Origin: TPA_inf: Saccharomyces
Taxonomy: Eukaryota
Direction of reading: 5' to 3'
Assembly: GCA_000146045.2 (NCBI GenBank)
Contig: BK006941.2
Location: 800,001-864,000 of the forward strand
DNA: 64,000 nucleotides
The notes beneath the pieces were generated by a model. The model did not search any database, was not told the DNA's origin, and was given only the letters and a program-made list of their open reading frames with translations. Of this stretch, positions 57,065-64,000 are shown one piece after another. The position numbers and the translations under genes are program-made. Position 1 is the stretch's first letter. Each line of letters starts with the position of its first letter.

Positions 57065-57377
57065 ACTCTGGAAGCGAAATCACATAGACGCGTAAACACT
57101 CACACACAGGATATTCGTATAGCAAGGTACTAGTGGCGACACTCAGGTGGTCCTCGTTGCCTTATCTCCAGATTCCTCAATTTCTGTGAAACGTAAACAT
57201 TATGGGAATAGTCTAGACGCGTACTTCATTTTCTTTGTTTCGTGAAAAGTACACTTTCCCGTCTTCGCCGGTTCCCTTTCTTGCCTGAAATGCTCGTTCT
57301 AATGGAAAAAAAAAGAAATAAAGGTGGGCCTGCCCATTAGCAGGAAATTGGTACTTAATTATTGAAAAAAAAATTAT

Positions 57378-57491
57378 TGGTTGCTAAGAGATTCGAACTC
57401 TTGCATCTTACGATACCTGAGTATTCCCACAGTTAACTGCGGTCAAGATATTTCTTGAATCAGGCGCCTTAGACCGCTCGGCCAAACAACC
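57378..57491 (-). tRNA. tRNA-Leu (anticodon CAA) with a 32-nt intron
   Basis: The reverse complement reads GGTTGTTTGGCCGAGCGGTCTAAGGCGCCTGATTCAAG[AAATATCTTGACCGCAGTTAACTGTGGGAATA]CTCAGGTATCGTAAGATGCAAGAGTTCGAATCTCTTAGCAACCA. A T9 run (A9 on +, 57365-57373) follows the 3' end. Confidence 0.9.
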
Positions 57492-58286
57492 ACTTATTTG
57501 TTGAAAGCGAGCGCGGTACAAGTAATGTTACCTCATCTGATATACAATAAAGGTGGAGCGCCAATATATACGCATTTGACTGTTCATAATTCATTGAATA
57601 TAATTTATTCCTTGTTAGTACAAAAGGGTTAAACAGAAAAAGACGTGACGTTGTAACCGAGAGGATGGTAACACCGCGGTATCACCCACTCGCCCAGCCG
57701 TTAAATCCAATCATCCGAATAAAATGTTTGTCCTTGCTAGTTTGTCCTGGTGATAAAAGCCATGACCACTTTTCTTGGAGCCTGCATCTGTTATCTCTCC
57801 CGTCGATAATGGACTTTGCACCGGTGTATTACCCGCAAGAATTCTGATAACGTTCAAGCTAAAACAAAACTGCTAAATGAGTTCTGAAATGGCATTTATG
57901 AGTACATATGATAGATTTGCTATGTATCAAACCTGGAACTGGCGCTAGCGCTATGGTTTCACTTCCTCATTAAACCATACCCTTGACGATTTGACAGGTC
58001 GCTACAGATTCAGAAAGAGATCATATCAATACAACAAATAAAATATAAGCGAATAAAGAGCAATGTCTTTCCCCTTTAGTCACATTACTAGCCAACGCTA
58101 ATTCTTGATCTCCTTCCTCTTGTTTCCGGTGTATCTTAGTTTTCCTGGCGTTGCCGAAGAGTAAAAAAATCCTAGGTCCTAAGATTTATAAAATCGACAA
58201 AAAGAGGATTCAAGTAGGATATCTGTCAGTTCAAACCAATCAATCTTTTCTCTCCAACAACAGTTTGAGCTTATTTAATCAAGAAA

Positions 58287-58604
58287 ATGGGTCTATCATC
58301 TATCTTTGGCGGCGGTGCACCATCACAACAAAAGGAAGCAGCCACTACTGCAAAGACAACCCCAAACCCTATAGCCAAGGAGCTGAAAAACCAAATTGCT
58401 CAAGAACTGGCTGTGGCTAATGCGACTGAATTAGTGAACAAAATTTCTGAGAACTGCTTTGAAAAATGCTTAACTTCGCCATACGCTACCAGAAACGATG
58501 CGTGCATTGACCAGTGTTTGGCTAAATATATGAGAAGTTGGAATGTCATATCAAAGGCTTACATCTCCAGAATCCAGAACGCCTCCGCTTCTGGCGAAAT
58601 CTAA
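58287..58604 (+). CDS. TIM13: small Tim of the mitochondrial intermembrane space (twin CX3C)
   Basis: 105-aa ORF with a CFEKC...CIDQC twin CX3C motif. Confidence 0.9.
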
Positions 58605-59062
58605 ACACACCATCAGGATCAATTTACTGCGCAGTATGTACTCGTACTTGTATATAAGATTCAAAGGATACCAAGAAAATGCTATTACGTTTAATAACGT
58701 CGAAGAACAGTATTGCACTATACTTGCTTGGTATAGATATGTACAAAATATATGTATATACATAAAATGAGTTATTCTTTTTCCTAATTCTCTTTTTCCT
58801 TTAGTAGAATATAAAATTATAATAAGGATTTTGTGAACATCTGACAGACAGGCTCGTTCGTGTCTATTTCCATTCTGAAATTTGAATGCGCTTTGGCGAG
58901 ACATAGATTTGTGTCAAAATATGAAGTTGAGTGCCTTTATGAGGTTGGGTTGAACATGAACAACCAGCCAAAATAAAAAAATAATAAATAAGACGAGTGC
59001 CACTTATATAGCTTGAGAGAGAGAGAGAGCGTTTGCACGTATATGTGTGACATAATCAGCGT

Positions 59063-59260
59063 TTACTCATCATCGTCGTCTCCATCGCCTGCAGCTATTC
59101 GAGCCTTGACATCTTTCCATAATTTTCCTTTGTTGTGATTCTCGTACCATGAAGTAATAGCAGTATCAAATACAGTTTGGAAAACAAAGGCACCTGCAAA
59201 GATAGTACCAACAAAAACAGCGTTTCGTTTGAAAAAGGTTTTATATAGTGATGAAAAAGA
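59063..59260 (-). CDS. QCR9: ubiquinol-cytochrome c reductase subunit 9, exon 2 (codons 2-66 plus stop)
   Basis: The reverse complement encodes SFSSLYKTFFKRNAVFVGTIFAGAFVFQTVFDTAITSWYENHNKGKLWKDVKARIAAGDGDDDDE*. It is preceded by a TAG 3' splice site. Confidence 0.85.
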   Translation of the reverse strand, partial: SFSSLYKTFFKRNAVFVGTIFAGAFVFQTVFDTAITSWYENHNKGKLWKDVKARIAAGDGDDDDE

Positions 59261-59473
59261 CTACTCATAATTTATGCATTGTTAGTAACCTGAATGGAAA
59301 CGCATGGAACATATTCATAGAGCTGCTGTCACCAATTTCATAAGCTTCGCTAAGTCGTTGCGCTCATCGGTGGGAAACTAATTTCCAAAGCCCATGATAC
59401 TTGGCTAAGGAAGATTCCACGGATAACATTTTTAGCCTGAAATGTGAAGCAGCACACACACACACCAACATAC
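59261..59473 (-). other. QCR9: QCR9 spliceosomal intron (213 nt): GTATGT 5' splice site, TACTAAC branch point (rc GTTAGTA at about 59279-59285), TAG 3' splice site
   Basis: All three canonical yeast splice signals were read directly on the - strand. Confidence 0.8.
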
Positions 59474-59476
59474 CAT
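59474..59476 (-). CDS. QCR9: QCR9 exon 1: ATG only
   Basis: The reverse complement of 59468-59476 is ATGGTATGT, i.e. a start codon fused directly to the 5' splice site. Confidence 0.8.
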
Positions 59477-59900
59477 TTTAGTCCGTATTGCTATTGTTGC
59501 TTTACGAAATTGCGAAGGATATGAAAATCAACCTTCAACGATTATTGACTATCCGTGACAGGACATTAAATACAACTGCTAAGCTAAAGTTTGAGAGGGG
59601 ATGTCATTAGGGAAAGGCCCAAGGATTGAGCAGCTTTTAGGTCCTAGAATTCTTTCGGCATTGACTTCCCCGCGTTTGATTGGGTCGTGTATAATGATAC
59701 ATATTAACAACTGGGGAGTTCAAAAGTTGCCTTCGCTAGATAAGGAAACTTATGATAGTCACTTCGAAGTATTTGTAATTAGGTTGGTATTACTTCTTTG
59801 TTAATAATAAATAAAAGTCAATCGACGCGCAAATGTTTAATAATGTATAAGTTTTTATATACAAATATGTCAACTATAAAACATAGTAGAGGGCTTGAAT

Positions 59901-62900
59901 CTACCAAATCTCTCGCTCATCAGAGTCATCATTATCATCAGAGTCATCCTCATCGAGGTTTCTTGGATTTGTATTTCTTATGATAGTAGCTCCATCAAAT
60001 TGAGGTCCTAAGAACTGCAATATTGGTGGGGGATTCTGAGGTGCATCATCATCGCCATTTCCCTGCGGTTGTAGAGTGTTCCTAAAGTTTTCGAAGAATT
60101 GGAAAAAATCACGTACTCCGCCACCAGCAATACCTTCTGCGCCAACCCCAAATAAGTTGGCGGCCTGTCCAGTTTCATCATCAACATCCATTTCGTCATT
60201 TCCCTCCGTAAAAAACCCGTCTTCTCCCTCTTCCATATCTTCATCATCTTCATCTGTTGGAGGTATTCTTCTTGGCCTTGGTTCTCTATTAAATGCAAAC
60301 AAGAAACCATTGGAAAGTATAGTCACTCGAAATTCGTCACCCATTACTCTACTAATATAACCTGGAATTTCATTGTTAATCCATAATCTGTTTAAGTGCT
60401 CATATCTTTTCAAATTCAAGGTGGTTAAATCACCTCTTCTCATGGCATTTCTACCAACTTCACCATGCGAATTTAGATATGGTGCAGATATAAAAATATT
60501 AGAAGGAGGCTGTGTCAAATGGAGACAAACTTCACTTGAATTGGGCATCAGGAAGGCGCCAAATGGTTTAAAACAATTTTTATTCAAATGCTTGGTCATT
60601 TCATGGCGGTCCGCTCTTAAATGCACTTTGACACCACATGTCAAACATATTTTGAAATCTAATCGATTATCCGCATTCTTCATATGCTGAGAACGCTCTT
60701 CACGTAGCTTGATTTCCTTAGATTGGGTAACGTAAGTATTCAAATATTTTGATAAATCTATCAGTTTTATAATCCCACAATATTCATATGGGATGTTCTC
60801 CAAATATGGATGCGATACAATGGACTCCTGCGTTGTCAAAAGATCGACTAAGGATTCTTTTTCAGTAATCATTTTCAATGCCTTATTGACAAACTCGGCG
60901 GTATCTTCGAATTCCAGTTCTTCTTCAACCTCATGACCGTTGATGACCAGCGTTTCATTTTCAGAATCTTTCACTAATTCGTGTAGCACTTTGATAAAGA
61001 CTAAGCACCTTCTTATCGTAGGAAGAAGACTCTTCAACAGGAAGGTATAAGCTAGATCATAAATAATACTTTCGGAGTCCAATCCCTCCATTCGTACATC
61101 AGATATGGTCCTTAGGGCGAAGAGCATCTGCTCACTTACTTTAAGAACATCCCCAATTTTGGACGCTTTAGCATACAATTTGGTAACCTGTTCTGCATCA
61201 GAAAGACCCTGAAGAAAATCTCTTAGAAACTGTCTAGAGAACGTTGTTAACGCCTCTGTAACAGTCTGACGAAGTGAAACTGGAGAAAATAAAGCGCTTC
61301 GAACAATATATTGGAAGAGTTGATTTTGGTTCCAAACAGTATCGGGCTGCTGCGGGTACGGTTCAAACTCCATACTTGGCTTGCCTATGACAAAGGTGAA
61401 CAGCATAATGCAGACTAATATATTTTTTAAAGTTTTGTATTTCTGTTCCCTGCTTCTGAAAAATGAAATACTGTATGGCTTTTCTAACCTAGAAGCAATT
61501 TCTAACATTGAAATGGTATTTGCCCAGTGCACACTTAATATTAAAGAAACGTCCTTATGCGAAAAGTTGGCCCGCTTTCTTACCGCTTTATCAAAACCTT
61601 GACACTGAGATATCATCAACGAAAATATAGAGTTTATTGTACGATAATTTTCCTCAGTAAAAGGTTTGAAGAGCCTTGACAATGTATCCAAAGAAAGTTC
61701 TGATTCCAAAAACATATCTAGCGACAAACCAGTATTTGCCTTTGAGGTTTGACAAAGAGGTAAAGTACAATTCGAAAATGTTTGGCATAAAGGACATATA
61801 AACGCGTTTGATGAAAATCTCTTTTTTTGAACGTACCTCTTGAAGCAGTTATGATGAATGTGATGATTACAGGATACAAATACTTTCCTAGATCCACAAC
61901 TACCGTTTTCCTTCAAAGCCTCTAAAACATCATCGTCAATATAAGCTTGTTTTTCATCATCGTTGTAGAAACCATCCCACATGGGCATAAATTCATTTGG
62001 GTTAAAAATATTACCAGGTCTAAATATCGGGGAATGATCATGGTACGCAGGTATCACAAAAAAATCGGTCGAACTGGAATCTTGACATAGTGCGCAGGTA
62101 AAATCCTCCGATTCATATACTTTTTCACCGACCATGTCAACATCGTTATCCTGCTCATCAAATTCAGACTCATGTTCTTTCATGAATTTCGTTTGTTGAT
62201 TGTTAAACTTGGCTAGAAGCCTTGCTTGATGTTTCTTGGCCAATCTTCTTTTTCGTTCCTTCTCTGTCTCTTGTAAGTTAACTCCTTGGCGTAGTTTCTT
62301 ATCCTTATAATCATTAACGTATTGGTTGCCAAAACTGGCAATTAATGACTCAAAAAGTTCATTTGGTTTTTTCATTATCATCTTCTCTAACAAATAGTCG
62401 GCTTTACGGACAATACTCTCGGAAAATACGTCTGATTTAGCATTGGCTATGCTCAAGAGTAAATTACATATAGGCTTTGACAAATAAGCTTCTGGTATAG
62501 AGTCCTTACCATTTATCAATTCATCATCCCTGAATATACCATGAACTAAATGTAGTAGCTCATTCAGGAAAGTGCTATCCTCCATATCCAGACATACCTG
62601 GAGTAGTTTATAGACCACTTTGGCAAATACCGTATTCCTTGTAAAAGCACCCAGATTGAGAGCGTCTTTATCTAACTGTTTTATTGAGACTTGGGGTATT
62701 AGTACAACTTTTGCTATTTCATCCTTATCCTTAGCCAAATGTGATTTAATAATAGTTGCACTACTTTCGAATTCGTTTTCCAAATTCAGCAACTTTAACG
62801 GATCAACCTTTGCATACAAGCTTGCTTTTAATTTAAAAACACCATTGTCGGCCAAGCCCTTAGGCTCAACGAAAACAGAGACTTCTTCAAGTGCTTCGTC

Positions 62901-64000
62901 AAACTCGGTAGTATCTTCAGTTAGGTAGTCAGGAACTGATCTTAGTAGCTTTGAATACGAAAGGGGTTTCATGTAAAGGTTATAAATGATTGAATTTTTG
63001 ATTTGATCCATTCTTCTATCCTTTAGAGAAGAGAAAGTTTTAAAATATTGTCTTTCGGTCAATATTTGATAAATAAAGGCAATGAATTGTTGAATGATGA
63101 ATGAAATTTTATCCTCATAGACAGTGTGTTGATAGTCAACTTCACCTGTAAACCAGTCTAGTAATTCCCATCTATCAAGAATATTGTATATTATTCTCGG
63201 AATGTCATCACGTTCCCAAAGGATAGCTAACTGATTCAAATGTATATCTCTGGAATAGGAACCTAATTCGGGATTGTTTTTATAATACGATGCTTGATGT
63301 AACACAGACATACCATTTCTTACCCAAAACCCGACGTCAATTTGAGAGCACAATACAACTGATCTCAAAGAGAAATCCGATATTTTCAGAAAATCTGAAC
63401 AGTCTTCTAACGCTTCGTATGCATCCTTTAAAGACACTTTTTCGATAAGGAATGAAAGCATTGTTTGTAAAGGATTCATAAATGCAACTCTTTCGTGGCT
63501 TACGCTAAACTTAATGACTTCATGAGAATCATATATTAACTTGTATGTTAGTGATCTATTGCCTAGAAATGAACTGATAATTCTTATTGCATTTAAAAAA
63601 AGCTTTGAATCAATGGAATCTTTTGATTTTTCGCTAACTTTTTCCGCTGTTTGAATAATACTGTAAATGGAGGTGGTATATTCTAAATAGGAGATGAAAT
63701 TTTGATCTTCGTGAAGAACATGTTCACCTTCTTTACGCTTTATCTTCCACGCTCCATTGAAGAGCTTGCAAAGAGTTAATAGAGATATTATTTCCTTAGG
63801 TCTCAATGGAATATTAGGATCATGTACCTTACTCAATAAAGTTTCAACTGTATACAACCCTTGCTTGAATGATATACTGTAACTCTTTGTTAAATTGCTT
63901 TTTTGAACTCTCTGCCAGATCAATACACCACCTTCCACCTTACAAAACTCCTTAAAAATGTCTATAATTGACCACACAATATCCAAAAAACTTTGGTTTT
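59901..64000 (-). CDS. UBR1: N-end-rule E3 ubiquitin ligase (N-recognin), C-terminal approximately 1365 codons; the 5' end (N-terminus) lies beyond the window edge
   Basis: The open frame runs from the window edge to a stop at 59901. The acidic C-terminus is ...DEDDSDDNDDSDEREIW. RING-H2-like Cys/His clusters are present. It matches YGR184C. Confidence 0.9.
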   Translation of the reverse strand, partial: NQSFLDIVWSIIDIFKEFCKVEGGVLIWQRVQKSNLTKSYSISFKQGLYTVETLLSKVHDPNIPLRPKEIISLLTLCKLFNGAWKIKRKEGEHVLHEDQNFISYLEYTTSIYSIIQTAEKVSEKSKDSIDSKLFLNAIRIISSFLGNRSLTYKLIYDSHEVIKFSVSHERVAFMNPLQTMLSFLIEKVSLKDAYEALEDCSDFLKISDFSLRSVVLCSQIDVGFWVRNGMSVLHQASYYKNNPELGSYSRDIHLNQLAILWERDDIPRIIYNILDRWELLDWFTGEVDYQHTVYEDKISFIIQQFIAFIYQILTERQYFKTFSSLKDRRMDQIKNSIIYNLYMKPLSYSKLLRSVPDYLTEDTTEFDEALEEVSVFVEPKGLADNGVFKLKASLYAKVDPLKLLNLENEFESSATIIKSHLAKDKDEIAKVVLIPQVSIKQLDKDALNLGAFTRNTVFAKVVYKLLQVCLDMEDSTFLNELLHLVHGIFRDDELINGKDSIPEAYLSKPICNLLLSIANAKSDVFSESIVRKADYLLEKMIMKKPNELFESLIASFGNQYVNDYKDKKLRQGVNLQETEKERKRRLAKKHQARLLAKFNNQQTKFMKEHESEFDEQDNDVDMVGEKVYESEDFTCALCQDSSSTDFFVIPAYHDHSPIFRPGNIFNPNEFMPMWDGFYNDDEKQAYIDDDVLEALKENGSCGSRKVFVSCNHHIHHNCFKRYVQKKRFSSNAFICPLCQTFSNCTLPLCQTSKANTGLSLDMFLESELSLDTLSRLFKPFTEENYRTINSIFSLMISQCQGFDKAVRKRANFSHKDVSLILSVHWANTISMLEIASRLEKPYSISFFRSREQKYKTLKNILVCIMLFTFVIGKPSMEFEPYPQQPDTVWNQNQLFQYIVRSALFSPVSLRQTVTEALTTFSRQFLRDFLQGLSDAEQVTKLYAKASKIGDVLKVSEQMLFALRTISDVRMEGLDSESIIYDLAYTFLLKSLLPTIRRCLVFIKVLHELVKDSENETLVINGHEVEEELEFEDTAEFVNKALKMITEKESLVDLLTTQESIVSHPYLENIPYEYCGIIKLIDLSKYLNTYVTQSKEIKLREERSQHMKNADNRLDFKICLTCGVKVHLRADRHEMTKHLNKNCFKPFGAFLMPNSSEVCLHLTQPPSNIFISAPYLNSHGEVGRNAMRRGDLTTLNLKRYEHLNRLWINNEIPGYISRVMGDEFRVTILSNGFLFAFNREPRPRRIPPTDEDDEDMEEGEDGFFTEGNDEMDVDDETGQAANLFGVGAEGIAGGGVRDFFQFFENFRNTLQPQGNGDDDAPQNPPPILQFLGPQFDGATIIRNTNPRNLDEDDSDDNDDSDEREIW

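Noticed and set aside
57640-57960. Possible degenerate LTR/ORF (60-aa + ORF 57665..57847) upstream of tRNA-Leu
   Set aside because: I could not match it to delta, sigma or tau consensus from memory. It has no terminal TG...CA repeat structure that I could identify. It is left unannotated.
58551-58904. 117-aa minus ORF overlapping the TIM13 3' end
   Set aside because: It overlaps the TIM13 stop region in antisense. It is low-complexity and AT-rich, so dubious (YGR182C-like).

Overview
This window is the Saccharomyces cerevisiae chromosome VII right arm, roughly YGR155W to YGR184C. I recognise the genes from the translated ORFs. The order is: the last 22 codons of CYS4, then PTI1, CHO2, MTR3, NSR1, RTS3, a small ORF (YGR161W-C-like), a nested Ty2/Ty1 retrotransposon pair, tRNA-Val(AAC), TIF4631, GTR2, tRNA-Arg(UCU), MRPS35, TRS65, CLC1, YGR168C, PUS6, LSO2, PSD2, MSM1, YIP1, RBG2, a solo Ty3 sigma LTR plus tRNA-Gly(GCC), CBP4, ERG1, ATF2, PBP1, OKP1, RNR4, an intron-containing tRNA-Leu(CAA), TIM13, QCR9 (with a one-codon first exon), and the 3' two-thirds of UBR1. 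Most of it is ordinary core-genome gene content. The most informative structure is the 11.9-kb transposon block at 11447..23329. A full-length Ty2 (+ strand) has a full-length Ty1 (- strand) inserted into the last 13 bp of its 3' LTR. Each element carries its own 5-bp target-site duplication (TATAT for Ty2, AAATC for Ty1), which makes it a tail-to-tail inverted Ty pair about 155 bp upstream of tRNA-Val. I see no evidence of an undescribed biological system. Everything fits known yeast gene and Ty biology, and I say so rather than inventing one. All motif and boundary calls were made by eye and should be confirmed by alignment.
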